Of a stretch of DNA of 64,000 nucleotides, positions 40,295-52,551 are shown one piece after another (positions within the stretch are counted from its first letter, which is position 1; each line of letters opens with the position of its first letter). Where the stretch lies: contig CM106585.1 of assembly GCA_048013815.1 (NCBI GenBank), positions 2,604,001 through 2,668,000 of the forward strand, read 5' to 3'. Source of the DNA: Setoptus koraiensis. Taxonomy: Eukaryota; Animalia; Arthropoda. The position numbers and the translations under genes are program-made. The notes beneath the pieces were generated by a model. The model was given only the letters and a program-made list of their open reading frames with translations, had not been told where the DNA came from and made no database searches.

Positions 40295-41203
40295 TTAGTT
40301 AGTTTTCTTCACTTTAGGTTTCTTTACAAAATTAGGTGGCCTAAGCAAGCCTGGTCTTTTAAGGAGGGCTGGTTTCTTGGCCATCTTCAGCTCTATAGGT
40401 TCAATATTGAATACAGGTTTCACCTCTAATTCAGAGGTCTTGGTTGAAGTAGAACTAGTCTGTTCGCTTGGTTCGACTGGGCGAAAGTTGTTATATTCGA
40501 GGACAAGACCTTCACTTTTTTCTGTCACATCAGCCTCTGTAGTAATAGTTTTCCCTTCTTCTTCTTCCTCCCCAGCATCGTTCTTTCGCTTGCTTATCAC
40601 TTCGAAAGCAACTGGCTTTGGGACTTCATTGCCTGACGAAGATGCTCCTAAGTCGGCTTGCTTCCCTAGATCTATTTGTTTTTTTATAGTACGAGCAATA
40701 TAGTCTTCAGTATCTCGATGATGCTTGCGCTTTTTCTCATCCATCTCTTGTCGCCTCAAAGTCTCTGGATCTCTATCAATGTATGTGATAAATACTCCTT
40801 TCTCATTATGGTCAACATGAACAAGGCTACTCCTTCCCATCCAGTTACAAAATTCAGTCAGGTTGGTCCATTGTGTTGCGTTCATGTGTATATGATTTCT
40901 TTCTTTTATGTAGTCTTGATACACTGTGTTTGCAAGGACCCTTCTTGTTCCATATCTTGTTTTGAGTAGAAAAAGGAAACCTTCTTTAAAATCTTTACTA
41001 AATTCACTTATGTATTTTGTGGAATTCTCGGCAAACAACAGTAACTGTCTTTGGTGTGATTCACTATTGATATGACATTTGAAGCCGTTGTCATCTCTGC
41101 ATTGTTTTTGACACATTTGACAATAATATTTTAATTTTTGCAAGCCTTTAGCCTTCTGGGCGTTGGCGATTGCCTTGGGGTCCATTGGTTCGTGTTTTCC
41201 CAT
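40295..41203 (-). CDS. KIN: DNA/RNA-binding protein KIN17 (C-terminally shortened)
   Basis: KAKGLQKLKYYCQMCQKQCRDDNGFKCHINSESHQRQ zinc finger; winged-helix region RRVLANTVYQDYIKERNHIHMNATQWTNLTEF; YIDRDPE. Confidence 0.95.
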   Translation of the reverse strand: MGKHEPMDPKAIANAQKAKGLQKLKYYCQMCQKQCRDDNGFKCHINSESHQRQLLLFAENSTKYISEFSKDFKEGFLFLLKTRYGTRRVLANTVYQDYIKERNHIHMNATQWTNLTEFCNWMGRSSLVHVDHNEKGVFITYIDRDPETLRRQEMDEKKRKHHRDTEDYIARTIKKQIDLGKQADLGASSSGNEVPKPVAFEVISKRKNDAGEEEEEGKTITTEADVTEKSEGLVLEYNNFRPVEPSEQTSSTSTKTSELEVKPVFNIEPIELKMAKKPALLKRPGLLRPPNFVKKPKVKKTN

Positions 41204-41581
41204 TTTCGCGTTCTTTTTTCTTCAGATATATTTTATTCAAAAAAAAAAATAAGTCAAGGAAATAGAAACTTCGGCTTTTAATTCATTCCAATGAGTGGTG
41301 CTGGTGAATTTCATCTATCAGCTGATTTCGATGTAAACATAGCTCATAAAAAATGAACGATCGGAATTCTTTCAGCGAACGGAGTGGTATGGGAGTGTGG
41401 GAGAAGCACGAAAAATGTAGTTGCGATCAAGGCTTGTGGGAGAGCTGGAGCAATCGAGGGAGTACGCACCATAACGAGGACAGAACCGACCAAGAAAATA
41501 TGAGGAGTAAGCTCGTCCACTACTGTTCGTTAGTTAGAACAGAAGATAATTCATCATTCTGGAGAAATCATTCGGACAACT

Positions 41582-42781
41582 ATGGAGCGTAAAACATTGT
41601 CCTACTATCAGTTTAGTTCACAATTGAGCGACAAAAACATAGTCATTATAGAATTCGGTCGGGCATACACAAGATGCGGATTTGCCAATGAACCAACGCC
41701 TCGGGCAATTGTTAAATCAGTAGTTCATTTGAAAGAGCAAGGGAAAGATGTATATTTACATGAAATTACCAATGAAAAACAGTTAAAAAGGTCTTTGAGA
41801 GACTTTGTAGAGCGCATATATTTTACATATTTGGCTGTTAGTCCCAAAGACAGAAAAGTTGTCATTGTGGAATCCGTTTTCAACCAATCATTTTTCAGAA
41901 ATACATTGACTAATGTATTTTTTGATTTGTTTGATGCGCCATCACTCCTCTATGTGCCGGACCACCTCATGGCTCTAGCCTCCATAGGTTCGTCAACTGG
42001 ACTAGTACTGGATTTAGGTTCAAGAGAGGCAGTTTCAATCGCTGTAGTCGAAGGCGTTACATTATTAGATACAGCCCAGTTCGCTTCTTTAGGAGCTGAG
42101 GCGTTGGACAACGTGATCTTAAAACATCTGGAAGCACATAATTCTCCAGATATTGATTTTACACCCTCGGTAGTGGAGAATATTAGGGTCAGAACATGTT
42201 TTGTTGCGCCATACGAACGTGGACAAGCAATAGCGCGCGTTAAGTCTGAGAAGGACGCTCAAGACACTGCGAACTTGAAGATCAACCCCATCGACCGACA
42301 TCTTCTAGTAGATCGAGATGACAACTGTCCAAAAGATTTAATATACCCGATTGGCGATCAGAAGTTGGTGAACGTACCAGGCACTCTCAGAGAGGGTGTC
42401 TGCGAGCTCTTATTTGAGATATATGGTCATGAACATTCAATTGCTACTTTGATTATAGAAACTATCCTAGCATCCCCGATAGATTGTCGAAAGGCGCTCA
42501 GTGAAAATATACTTATAGTTGGAGGACTCGCAAGCATGCCTGGATTGAAGCACAGACTAATGATGGAACTGAAAAATATTCATAAGTACCAAAGGTACAC
42601 TATGAAGTTGCCTGACGTTTTTAAATTTCATAACAATCTATGTCCAAATAACTATGTTTGTTGGCTCGGTGCGTCAATGTTTTGTTCTACTGATGCCGTC
42701 ATTCCCCGGTCCACAACGAGGGAACAGTGGCTCAAAGATGGCAAAAGAAGTATCAAAGATTGGTCTGATTTCATCATGTAA
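41582..42781 (+). CDS. ACTR10: Actin-related protein 10 (dynactin subunit)
   Basis: IVIIEFGRAYTRCGFANEPTPR, IYFTYLAVSPKDRKVVIVES, RVRTCFV, IDCRKALSENILIVGG, NYVCWLGASMF, IKDWS. Confidence 0.88.
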   Translation: MERKTLSYYQFSSQLSDKNIVIIEFGRAYTRCGFANEPTPRAIVKSVVHLKEQGKDVYLHEITNEKQLKRSLRDFVERIYFTYLAVSPKDRKVVIVESVFNQSFFRNTLTNVFFDLFDAPSLLYVPDHLMALASIGSSTGLVLDLGSREAVSIAVVEGVTLLDTAQFASLGAEALDNVILKHLEAHNSPDIDFTPSVVENIRVRTCFVAPYERGQAIARVKSEKDAQDTANLKINPIDRHLLVDRDDNCPKDLIYPIGDQKLVNVPGTLREGVCELLFEIYGHEHSIATLIIETILASPIDCRKALSENILIVGGLASMPGLKHRLMMELKNIHKYQRYTMKLPDVFKFHNNLCPNNYVCWLGASMFCSTDAVIPRSTTREQWLKDGKRSIKDWSDFIM

Positions 42782-43414
42782 TCCATGTCGATTTATGATT
42801 AAAAATACCATTCGATTATTTTTTTATAGTGTTCTGATCGATAAATGTTTCAACAACATTCTCTATTCGTTGTTATTGTAGTTGGTGGTACAAAAACTGG
42901 AGCACATCCGGTACAAGTACTACAGTCTTACAGCTCGGTAGGCTAAGTTTATCAGTGTAAAGTATATATCAAGTATTGCACATTGAGAGATCTCCGTTTC
43001 TCATCGAAAAGACATCGGAATCCCTAGATCGTTCGGGGTATGAGCAACCATTATGCAAGAGACGAACCAAGTTAGCTTTAGCGAAAGTTACTAGGGGTAA
43101 CAGGTTGTTTGCTATTATTATAAAGTTTATATATATATGTATAGATATATATATATATGTATTTTCTATTATTGTTATTATTATTATTAATATCTAGTAC
43201 TATTCAGTATTTTTATGATTATTATCAATATTTACCATTTACAATTATTATTAATATATATTATATAGTTTATTTTAGTGTTGGTGTGTCGATTCCTCAG
43301 AGTAGGCAGGTGCGATAGTAGATATTCATGGTTAAATTTACAAAGAATTTTGCAACTACTGTTATTTCATTCATAGCCTTGTTTGCTTCCTCTCACTAGC
43401 CAATTTATTTTCAT

Positions 43415-44125
43415 TTAGAAACCTATGTGCGATGGTAGAGTATCGAAATCTAGATCGTCACCAAATTGGCCGGTCAGGTCTGCTAATTCGACCATTTCAG
43501 AATCTATTGAACAAAATAGGTCGCTGAGATCATTGAGATCAGAATCAGGATCTTTCCTGAGATTCACATCGTTAATAACAACCTCATTGTCATCAATAAA
43601 ACCAGATGCATCTTGTTGGGATGATGAGATCGAGGATGATAAAGTTGCCGATGATGATAGGGATGTACATAGTTTGCGAGATTTTCTTCTCTTTGTAGTT
43701 AAGGGTGAGCCTCTGGCTAGAGCTTCGGCTTTTCTTTTGAGTGTTGAATTCCAATGATTTTTAATGGCATTGTCAGTTCTACCGGGTAGCATTTTAGCAA
43801 TTTTGGCCCAATGGTTACCCCATTGTTTGTGAGCATTTATGATAGTTCGTTCTTCTTCCTCAGTCCATCTTGTTTTAACTATCTCTGGATTTAAGTGATT
43901 GTGCCAGCGCTCTCGGCATTGTTTTCCTATTCGACCTTCTAAGTGGGTAGCAATCAAAGTCCATTTTTTAGGTCCATACTTCTGCACTAATTCTACAACC
44001 TTATCATCTTCTTCTTGTGTCCATGGTCCTTTTCTGGTGCATATCTTTCCAGTACTAATTCGGGCGGTATTTGTTGACAATGCCAGAGGAGTCTTCAATA
44101 TGGCTACGAAAGGCTCCATCTTCAT
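43415..44125 (-). CDS. Myb: Myb transcription factor with only the R2R3 repeats
   Basis: [50 protein letters not shown] and [46 protein letters not shown] are animal Myb R2 and R3. Confidence 0.9.
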   Translation of the reverse strand: MKMEPFVAILKTPLALSTNTARISTGKICTRKGPWTQEEDDKVVELVQKYGPKKWTLIATHLEGRIGKQCRERWHNHLNPEIVKTRWTEEEERTIINAHKQWGNHWAKIAKMLPGRTDNAIKNHWNSTLKRKAEALARGSPLTTKRRKSRKLCTSLSSSATLSSSISSSQQDASGFIDDNEVVINDVNLRKDPDSDLNDLSDLFCSIDSEMVELADLTGQFGDDLDFDTLPSHIGF

Positions 44126-45075
44126 GCAATCGAATATGTTTTATCTAAATTGTAAACAGAGAAATAGATAAATACCGGAATAGCAAAATAAATATATACG
44201 TGCACATTCATGGATAATAAGACCAGTTGATCAATGGCGCAAGTAGGTAAGTGTGTCCAATGCAGTATCTATAGCGCATAGTATACATGTATTTTCCCTC
44301 CTTGTGTGTTGTGGTGCTGAACAACAACACAAATGCATGCACGAAACTACATGGCCACCAAATGTCAGCCCCCGTGCTGGCCGACTTCCCGCCAATTCTA
44401 TGTTGTGCTTGCGTGCATAACAACAGACGTAAATGGTGATTTGTGGATGAGGCTGATGGTAGAAGTTCACTGCACAACACCAACACACAGCAGATTTTCT
44501 GACAAGCGGTTGGCGCCAGATTTAAATATGTTATTTTTTTTTTCTGTACAACAGTCACCAGCAAGAAAGTCGGTGCCATTTTCAGCGTCCAGTTCATCAG
44601 TTGCAATGGAATGAACTGAGCAACAAAAACACGCGGACTTAACCTTAACCAATTGCTCTAGAAAAAAATTGGAAATTAGAGCAGATCAGTATCATTCATC
44701 ATCACATTCTGGCAACAACAATAAAATAGCTAATTTATTTTTTGCCTATGAATTTGCATTAGGATCGAATGTTAAACAACGAAAGAATACAAATCTACGT
44801 AGTTGTTTTGTTGTATTTCGCAAGAGAGGCTTGTGAAGAAACCTGCACACTGTAAACATTGTTTATGTTTTCAAATGTGTTGCGCCCAGCGGAATTGGCC
44901 TACTTTCAATATATTTACTTTTGTATTATTTATGGAACTATTCTTGCAAATAGGGGTGATATTATTGTGAGTCAATTTTCATTTTGCAAGCATAACATCA
45001 TTGCAAGCAATCGTACATGTTATTAGACTGCCTATTTTAACTATCATACTTTAACAACTCGCACTACGCTTAATA

Positions 45076-46578
45076 ATGTCAGACATTGAAGACGACATTT
45101 ATTATCATCACAAGAAGGCACATAAGAAGCTATCGGAAGCCTTGGAATATGATAAAAATAGCGATGATCTCAATGACCGAGAACCACTCATTCAAAATTA
45201 TGTCGAAGCAATGGGCCATCTCATGGATGGACTCAAAATTGATACCAACAATATCAGAGACAAACAAAAGCAGGATAGGGCAACCAGTATTCAGGAAAAA
45301 ATGAAACACAATTTAAGTATGATTGAGGACCGAGTTAAAACGTTAACGGCATCGTCACCAGCTAGGCTCAACAACAATTCGTCCACGCCCGCAGGGTTAA
45401 GATCATCACCAAGAATCGAACAGTCAACTGTGCGAAAAACTCCTCTCAACCATGCAATATCTCGAGTGTCGACTGCCAGGGCCAATGCTATTATTAATAG
45501 ATCGGCCACGGGGTCCCGTACGTCGGCGTACAAACCCAGACTAGTCAGCAATGGAACTACGACTAGATCAATATCGACGCCAACCACTTCGAAGTCAATA
45601 AAAGATATCAATAGTGAAGCTCAAACTAAAGCCTTGGAGGCCAGGATAACTAGTCTACCTGGTATCAATAAAGAACTAGCCCTAACAATCTTGGATCATA
45701 TATTTAGGCCCTCTTCATTAATCAAATTTGACGCAATCGCTGGCCAAGTTACAGCCAAACAGGCATTGTATGAGATGGTAATCTTACCTACCTTGAGGCC
45801 AGAAATATTTACTGGACTAAGGTCGCCAGCGAGAGGTTTGTTATTGTTTGGACCTCCAGGCAATGGAAAAACATTATTGGCTAAGGCTGTAGCATCTGAA
45901 TCTGAGGCTACGTTCTTCAACATAAGTGCATCATCACTAACATCAAAATGGTTTGGTGAGGCCGAAAAACTGGTTAAGGCTTTATTTCTGATAGCTAGAG
46001 AACTCCAACCTACAATCATCTTCATTGACGAAATAGATTCCTTATTCTGCAAGAGAAGCTCCAATGAAGCAGAAAGCAGCAGGCGCCTCAAGACAGAATT
46101 CTTTGTAGGTTTCGATGGACTTCAGTCCACCTCGGACGACAGAATCATGGTGATGGGTGCAACAAACAGGCCAGAAGAACTCGATGAAGCAATCTTAAGA
46201 CGTTTCAGTAAGCGAGTTTATGTGAGAAATCCAGATTTCGAAACTCGGGTAGAACTCTTTAAAAAATTGGCTGATCTCAAAGATAAAGAAAAATCTGGAA
46301 TCAAGTGCTCGCTGAATTCAAAAGATCTTAACTTATTAGCATCTCAAACTGAAGGATACTCGTGTAGTGACATAGCAGCACTGGCCAAAGACGCCTCTTT
46401 CGGACCGGTCCGAGAATTATCAGTTGACGAAATCAAAAACATGCCAGTCAGTGCTATAAGATCGATAGATATTGAAGACTTTTTAAATTCTTCAAAAAGA
46501 ATTAGAAAAAGTACACCTACAGAATCTCTTAGAATATACGAGAAATGGAACCAGCAATATGCGGATGTATCCAGGTAA
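45076..46578 (+). CDS. SPAST: Spastin (MIT + AAA ATPase)
   Basis: N-terminal MIT (HKKAHKKLSEALEYD), EMVILPTLRPEIFTGLRSPARGLLLFGPPGNGKT (Walker A), IIFIDEID (Walker B), RRLKTEF, VMGATNRPEELDEAILRRF, YEKWNQQYAD. Confidence 0.92.
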   Translation: MSDIEDDIYYHHKKAHKKLSEALEYDKNSDDLNDREPLIQNYVEAMGHLMDGLKIDTNNIRDKQKQDRATSIQEKMKHNLSMIEDRVKTLTASSPARLNNNSSTPAGLRSSPRIEQSTVRKTPLNHAISRVSTARANAIINRSATGSRTSAYKPRLVSNGTTTRSISTPTTSKSIKDINSEAQTKALEARITSLPGINKELALTILDHIFRPSSLIKFDAIAGQVTAKQALYEMVILPTLRPEIFTGLRSPARGLLLFGPPGNGKTLLAKAVASESEATFFNISASSLTSKWFGEAEKLVKALFLIARELQPTIIFIDEIDSLFCKRSSNEAESSRRLKTEFFVGFDGLQSTSDDRIMVMGATNRPEELDEAILRRFSKRVYVRNPDFETRVELFKKLADLKDKEKSGIKCSLNSKDLNLLASQTEGYSCSDIAALAKDASFGPVRELSVDEIKNMPVSAIRSIDIEDFLNSSKRIRKSTPTESLRIYEKWNQQYADVSR

Positions 46579-47177
46579 CAATTATTGAAGAGAGTGGTTC
46601 CCTTCTCGTGTCGTGGGCTTTTGATTGGTAGTGGTTATTTCGTCAATACATTGGGCGTCATTTTAATGCTGTTGATCTTAGTATTCCTACTAATCAGAGT
46701 GATCAGACAAGATCGGGAGATTAGAAGAGAGGGAAACATACTCGAATTTTTGAGAACTGCATCACATTCTATTACTCTCACAGGTCATATCGGCGCAAGA
46801 GACTGAGCCAGTGATCATGACATTGCCTGTGATCCAAGCCTTTAGTTGGTACAATCTTTAGTTTTGCTAACACAATGCCGAATAAGTCGCATTTATTTGG
46901 TTTAGGTTCACATTATGAATTATTAATTGAAAATAAAGATGAATTAAAACTCAGAATAATCTAGGCCTTCATTTCAACCGGAACGTGCGAATTTGGTTTT
47001 TCGAGCAGAGGAAAACATGAGAGGCACAAAATAAATTGATTATGATTTTTATGTGCAGCTCAATGAAACGACCTGAACTAGAATCAATCAATTCAACTTG
47101 ACAATCTTACGTCTATCTGACATTTACATGTCATACGTCCGTATAAATAACGACAAGTGGCAAGCAATGTCATGTGA

Positions 47178-47250
47178 GACTCGGTGGCGCAACTGGTAGC
47201 GCGTATGACTCCAGATCATAAGGTTGCGTGTTCAAGTCACGTCCGGGTCA
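47178..47250 (+). tRNA. trnW: tRNA-Trp(CCA)
   Basis: GACTCGGTGGCGCAACTGGTAGCGCGTATGACTCCAGATCATAAGGTTGCGTGTTCAAGTCACGTCCGGGTCA. Acceptor stem GACTCGG/CCGGGTC, anticodon loop CT-CCA-GA, GTTCAAGTC T-loop, T5 terminator downstream. Confidence 0.95.
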
Positions 47251-47560
47251 CTTCTTTTTGCTGCTTTGCTACATGCAGGCTGCTTTTTCTTTATCGTTCC
47301 ATATCTATGGCAGCGAGAACACGTGACAACCTTCGATGGAGAATCAACAAACTTTAATGGACATCCTGTATAATTTTCCATGTGTGTGCTCTTACAAGCT
47401 CTTGTTAGTGTTGGTCGCGTTGGACATCGCGATACACGTGCTCGTAAAATATACTTTATTTTTCTGTGATTCCAATCTTTATCCAATTATTATAGCTAGA
47501 TTTGCTTTAGGAATACATCGATAAATTTTAGGCACCATTGTCAACGAGTAATAAATTATC

Positions 47561-50500
47561 ATGGCATTCAAAAAGAAGAAGCCCGGTCAAAGAAAGAAGC
47601 CTTCTAAGGAGCATAAGGCTCCGGACGAGATCTCTTCAGCGGTCCAAACTGACGACATGAAATCTTTTGGGGGTAAAAAGAAAAAATTTAAAGATGATCC
47701 GCTGGCCGTTAGAAAGCAGAGAAACCCCAAGGCATTCGCCATCAAATCGACTAAAGTAGCAGAGCGTCAGTTCCGAAGAAAACAGGACCTCCAAGAGAAG
47801 AAGCATCATATACCCTTAGTTGACAGGACCCCCTTGGAACCTCCGCCCTTCATAGTTGCCGTTGTTGGTCCGCCAAAGGTGGGCAAGTCCACAGTTATAA
47901 GATCACTAGTTAAGCATTACACCAGACATAAACTCAGCGAGGTTAAGGGACCAATAACTATTGTGTCAGGAAAGAAGCGTCGTATAACTCTAATGGAATG
48001 CAACAATGATCTTCATTGTATGATTGATATAGCTAAAGTTGCAGATTTAGTTCTTCTCATGGTCGATGCAAGCTTTGGTTTTGAAATGGAAATGTTCGAG
48101 TTTCTCAATATCTGTCAGGCATCTGGATTTCCAAAAATTATGGGTGTGCTGTCCAACCTGGATAGAATACAGAGCATATCGGATCAGAGGAAGGTGAAAA
48201 AAACTATGAAAAAAAGATTCTGGACTGAGATATATCAAGGCGCGAAACTTTTCTACTTGAGTGGTGTTAGCCACAATATGTACAACAAGCGAGATGTGCT
48301 AAATTTGGCCAGATTTATTTCTACTGTTAAATTCAGACCATTGACCTGGAGATCTGCACATCCATATGTTCTCGTCGACCGTTTCGAAGATTTGACGGAT
48401 CCCGAAAAGCTGAGGACCGATCCAAGTGCAAATAGAAAAGGTTGCTTCTATGGATTCGTCAGAGGAACTGCGCTCAAGATCAATTCTGATGTCCACATAC
48501 CAGGTTGCGGAGATTTTCGCTTAAAGAATATTTCATATCTGCCTGATCCCTGTCCATTACCTGAAAAGATTGATAAGACGAAACGATCTTTAAATGACAA
48601 GGACAGAATTATCTACGCCCCATTCTCTAGTGTCGGCGATGTACTCTGCGACAGGGATGCCGTTTATATTGAGCTTGGCGGAGCCCATTCTTTCTCAGAC
48701 AAAATAAGTGAGAACGTAGTGATTAATAAAATAGTTTCAGAAATCATGGATTCCAAACAAACTATTGATAGCAAGATGGAAAACTCTAAGTTTCGAATGT
48801 TTGCTGGTGACAATAATATTGAAGAATCGGCGAACAACGACTCCGAAGAAGGCTACTCGACTGATCATTCAGATGTAGAAGGGGAGGAGGGAGAAGAAGA
48901 AGATGAAGAAAGCGAAAGTGATGAAGATGAATTCGATCCTGAGGCAGATGAAGAGAATCCATTGATCAAAAGAATGAAAGATGCTAGAAGTAACTCCAAA
49001 TCGACAAGCGATAATTACCAAGATATCTTAGATACTCTGGAGAGGGATATGAGAAAGAATCATCCCAAAAGTGAAGATATTGTCTATGACGATGAAGACA
49101 GTGATGATGAAGATGGTGCCACTAACGATAACCTCAAATGGAAAGAAAACTTGGCTGAAAAAGCTGCCCAAAGATTTTACAAGCGTCAGTCTGAGATACT
49201 AGATCTCCAACGATTTGTTTATGGCGGAATAAATGGTCTTGCAGATATTCACGCCGGATTAGACCAGTCAGACTTTTCTGAAAATCATGATGTAATGAAA
49301 CCAACCAAGAATTCTATTGAATGTACAAAGTTTGCACAAAATATTTTACAGGATTGGGACTCAGATTCCGTCATGAGATCCATCAAAAACAGTTTTGTTA
49401 CTGGAAAATGGGATAAAGGAGAAGACGCCTTTGGTGATGAAAAAGACGGTGATTACGACATGTCTGACAATGATGAAGACGCATATGATGATTTTGAGGA
49501 CCTCCAAACCGGCGAGGTATTCACTGCTGAAGAGCAGCACAAAGCTCACAACGCTTTGAGCGAAAAACGAGAAGAAAAAGATATGATCATCGATGAGGAT
49601 GACGAGGAACGCAGGCAAAGGATGCTGAAAAAAATGCAACAAAAGAGCAAATTCGATATGGAGTATGACACTGGGCTCACCGACGTACCTCAAGAAAAGA
49701 CCTTCTACGAACAACAAAAAGAAAAACTACAAGAGCAATCAGTTATGAACCGTGAGGTATTCGGTGATATGGACGACCAAACTCGGGTGCAAATCGAAGG
49801 TTATCGTGCTGGACTTTACGTCAGAATCGAGGTCGATAATGTGCCTCATCAGTTTGTGGACTATTTTGACCCTAACTATCCAATCATCGTGGGGGGCTTA
49901 AATCCAGGAGAACTCACCAAAGGTTATGTAAAAATTAGAATCAAGAAACATAGATGGTATAAAAAGATATTGAAGACTCGCGACCCCATCATCGTATCCA
50001 TGGGATGGCATAGATTTCAGACTGTACCCCTCTACCACATGATGGATGACAATATGAGAAATAGATCTCTCAAATACACCCCTTGGCATCTTCACTGTTT
50101 GGCTACATTCTGGGCACCTCTCGTACCTCAAGGAACTGGTATAATTGCTTTCCAGGGTATCGATCAATTCACTAAAGACTTCCGGATTGCAGCTACAGGT
50201 GTTGTCTTGGAGCTAGATAAAGAGGTAAGCATCGTGAAAAAGTTGAAACTTGTTGGTTCACCAATGGAAATCTTCAAGAAGACAGCATTCGTCAAGGGTA
50301 TGTTCAATTCTACCCTCGAAGTCGCCAAGTTTGAAGGCGCCTCCATCAGAACCGTCAGTGGAATAAGAGGTCAAATCAAGAAAGCTATCAAAAGTCCTGA
50401 GGGTGCATTTAGAGCCACCTTTGAGGATAAAATTTTGATGAGTGATATTGTATTCTTGCGATCCTGGTATACTGTCACTGTGCCACGATTCTGTATAACC

Positions 50501-50920
50501 ATTACAACTATGCTATTACCTCCGGAGGAGCGCGCCAAATGGCGAGGCGCTAGAACTGTAGGTCAGCTTAGATTCGAACGTGGTTTACATGCCGACTCTG
50601 CCAACCAAGATTCCATCTACAAACCAGTAGAAAGAAAAAAGTTTGAGTTTAGGCCTCTAAAGATCGATCCTAAGCTACAAAAAGATCTGCCTTACAAGGA
50701 AAAACCAAAATTTTTACCCAAGTTAACAAATAAGATAGAGCGAGTTAAAGCGATCAAGAGTAAAGATGAAACTAAACAAATTAAAGTGTTGAAAATGTTG
50801 AGCATCATCGAGAAAGATAGAATTATTAAGCACAAGGAAAGGCAATTGAAAACTAAAGAGAAGCTCATGGAGAAGATTGAATTGGCCAGGAAAAGGGCAG
50901 AGCAAGCATCAAAAAAATAA
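47561..50920 (+). CDS. BMS1: Ribosome biogenesis GTPase BMS1, intronless
   Basis: [65 protein letters not shown], acidic middle, [48 protein letters not shown]. Confidence 0.97.
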   Translation: MAFKKKKPGQRKKPSKEHKAPDEISSAVQTDDMKSFGGKKKKFKDDPLAVRKQRNPKAFAIKSTKVAERQFRRKQDLQEKKHHIPLVDRTPLEPPPFIVAVVGPPKVGKSTVIRSLVKHYTRHKLSEVKGPITIVSGKKRRITLMECNNDLHCMIDIAKVADLVLLMVDASFGFEMEMFEFLNICQASGFPKIMGVLSNLDRIQSISDQRKVKKTMKKRFWTEIYQGAKLFYLSGVSHNMYNKRDVLNLARFISTVKFRPLTWRSAHPYVLVDRFEDLTDPEKLRTDPSANRKGCFYGFVRGTALKINSDVHIPGCGDFRLKNISYLPDPCPLPEKIDKTKRSLNDKDRIIYAPFSSVGDVLCDRDAVYIELGGAHSFSDKISENVVINKIVSEIMDSKQTIDSKMENSKFRMFAGDNNIEESANNDSEEGYSTDHSDVEGEEGEEEDEESESDEDEFDPEADEENPLIKRMKDARSNSKSTSDNYQDILDTLERDMRKNHPKSEDIVYDDEDSDDEDGATNDNLKWKENLAEKAAQRFYKRQSEILDLQRFVYGGINGLADIHAGLDQSDFSENHDVMKPTKNSIECTKFAQNILQDWDSDSVMRSIKNSFVTGKWDKGEDAFGDEKDGDYDMSDNDEDAYDDFEDLQTGEVFTAEEQHKAHNALSEKREEKDMIIDEDDEERRQRMLKKMQQKSKFDMEYDTGLTDVPQEKTFYEQQKEKLQEQSVMNREVFGDMDDQTRVQIEGYRAGLYVRIEVDNVPHQFVDYFDPNYPIIVGGLNPGELTKGYVKIRIKKHRWYKKILKTRDPIIVSMGWHRFQTVPLYHMMDDNMRNRSLKYTPWHLHCLATFWAPLVPQGTGIIAFQGIDQFTKDFRIAATGVVLELDKEVSIVKKLKLVGSPMEIFKKTAFVKGMFNSTLEVAKFEGASIRTVSGIRGQIKKAIKSPEGAFRATFEDKILMSDIVFLRSWYTVTVPRFCITITTMLLPPEERAKWRGARTVGQLRFERGLHADSANQDSIYKPVERKKFEFRPLKIDPKLQKDLPYKEKPKFLPKLTNKIERVKAIKSKDETKQIKVLKMLSIIEKDRIIKHKERQLKTKEKLMEKIELARKRAEQASKK

Positions 50921-51115
50921 ACTAGTAGTTGACTGCTGCAATATTTGATTTTATCTGGTCTATTTCTTCTAGTACAGATTACAGATAGTTTAGCCACGAC
51001 TTTGGAAAGCAAAGGGCATAAGGTAGTGATAAATAATTAGGATTGCTTGTAGTATTAGTGCAAATCTATACTATATTTTTTTCCATCAAACTAGACTCCT
51101 TTCTTTATGCTATTT

Positions 51116-51823
51116 CTAAGAGGAATTCATTGATGTTACATAATGATACAATTCCAATGGTGTATTGTCGTGCCAGTACTTTTCCTTAATTTCCTTGAGA
51201 GTAGAGTTATTATTGAGAGATTCATAATGGCCTCTAGATCTGTCGGCACATACACAAATAGAAATTTTCGTTTCACTGCCTATGCTTGGAGCTTGCATGA
51301 TATCTGGTCTCATAGCTAGGTATTTAGTTATATGTTCAATGGTAGCATTCAAAGAGGTCTTCATAAATCTTATCTTGCTTGGATCAAGGCCGGTATGTAG
51401 TGGTTTTAAAATGACTTCACATTCTGGCTCACTTCTGATTATACTTGATAATTTGCTCTCTTGATGTTTGTCAAACTCCTCTCTATCCGGGTATATCATG
51501 GCGATTAATTTGTCGAAGTTTGGATCTGCCCTGAGGCATCTTTTGGATTTTAATTTTTTCCTGCATGTTGGACATTCCTTATTACTAGTCCTTATAGCGG
51601 TGGTGATACAATTTGCGCAGAACCTGTGTAAACACTCTCGTGTGGTCATAGTTTTATTAAGCATGTCCAGACAAATAGGACACATCAATTCTCGGTGTAG
51701 AGATCGATGAGAGACTCCTATCTCTGTGTCGTCTATAACTATCTCCTGGGGAAGACGCTCTTTCTCGTAGTCTGTGAGCTCCCATATTTTTTCAGTGTTA
51801 TTGTTGAATTCGTTTCTAGCCAT
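51116..51823 (-). CDS. RNF2: PRC1 E3 ubiquitin ligase RING1/RNF2 (Sce) orthologue, compact
   Basis: [15 protein letters not shown]...[34 protein letters not shown]...[26 protein letters not shown], then a RAWUL-like C-terminus (EVILKP...[17 protein letters not shown]...YW...PLELYHY). Confidence 0.93.
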   Translation of the reverse strand: MARNEFNNNTEKIWELTDYEKERLPQEIVIDDTEIGVSHRSLHRELMCPICLDMLNKTMTTRECLHRFCANCITTAIRTSNKECPTCRKKLKSKRCLRADPNFDKLIAMIYPDREEFDKHQESKLSSIIRSEPECEVILKPLHTGLDPSKIRFMKTSLNATIEHITKYLAMRPDIMQAPSIGSETKISICVCADRSRGHYESLNNNSTLKEIKEKYWHDNTPLELYHYVTSMNSS

Positions 51824-52037
51824 ATCGATAGTCCTATGCTATATAATAGCGATAGATGATGGATATCAAAAGTATAAAAAATAACAATAGTGATAGATGA
51901 TGCAAATTAATGAAAAATCAATCATTCCATCTGTGAGTACGTGCAATGTGATAAAATTATAAATGGTGTTGTTGTGAATCTTTCGCAAAATGCGCGTTTT
52001 TCTTGTTTTTGTTATGCGAGCAAAATCAACAACAGAG

Positions 52038-52347
52038 TAGTGTTGCGTGCAGGATGGCCGCCCAGTCGGGCATGCTTTCCGCACAAAATGGGCGGTTGGG
52101 CATACCAACCGACTTGGAGAAACGTGGTCTCCGAAAGAAATGTTCAGCATATTTGATGTAACAAATAGTGTGATCTTTCGTCCAATAAAGTACAGTATTG
52201 TTTATTAATATCATTACTATGGGTACTATCTGTGTTTTTCTTCTATTTTGGGAGGATTTTTGGTGGTGGGTATGCCCGACTGGGGCCGCCCAACCGCCCG
52301 CACAGAAACTCGGGCAGAGGCGGCCCATGCCCTTGCCCGTTACACCA
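52038..52347. mobile_element. hAT-type MITE (family B), degenerate
   Basis: Left end TAGTGTTGCGTGCAGGATGGCCGCC versus right-end reverse complement TGGTGTAACGGGCAAGGGCATGGGCCGCC. Internal inverted blocks GCCCAGTCGGGCAT/ATGCCCGACTGGG and GGGCGGTTGGGC/GCCCAACCGCCC. Flanks CAACAGAG (52030-52037) and CAACAAAG (52348-52355), a 7/8 match to an 8-bp TSD. Confidence 0.7.
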
Positions 52348-52551
52348 CAACAAAGCTCATTTTGATTTGAGCCTGCAGCAGCACACGTTCAAAAGAAAAC
52401 AACTTGAAACAAATGGATCGAAAGTGCGTAGATCAGCAATACTTCTTCGCCCACTTACTATGAATATATTTTCTTCATCATTATGATATAAATATAATTG
52501 TAACAGGTTTTTATTTTTCAGACCCGTGGTCATATCAACACGCTCATTTCC

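Noticed and set aside
51823-51830. DRE motif TATCGATA
   Set aside because: It overlaps the RING1 start codon, so it is unlikely to lie upstream of the TSS.
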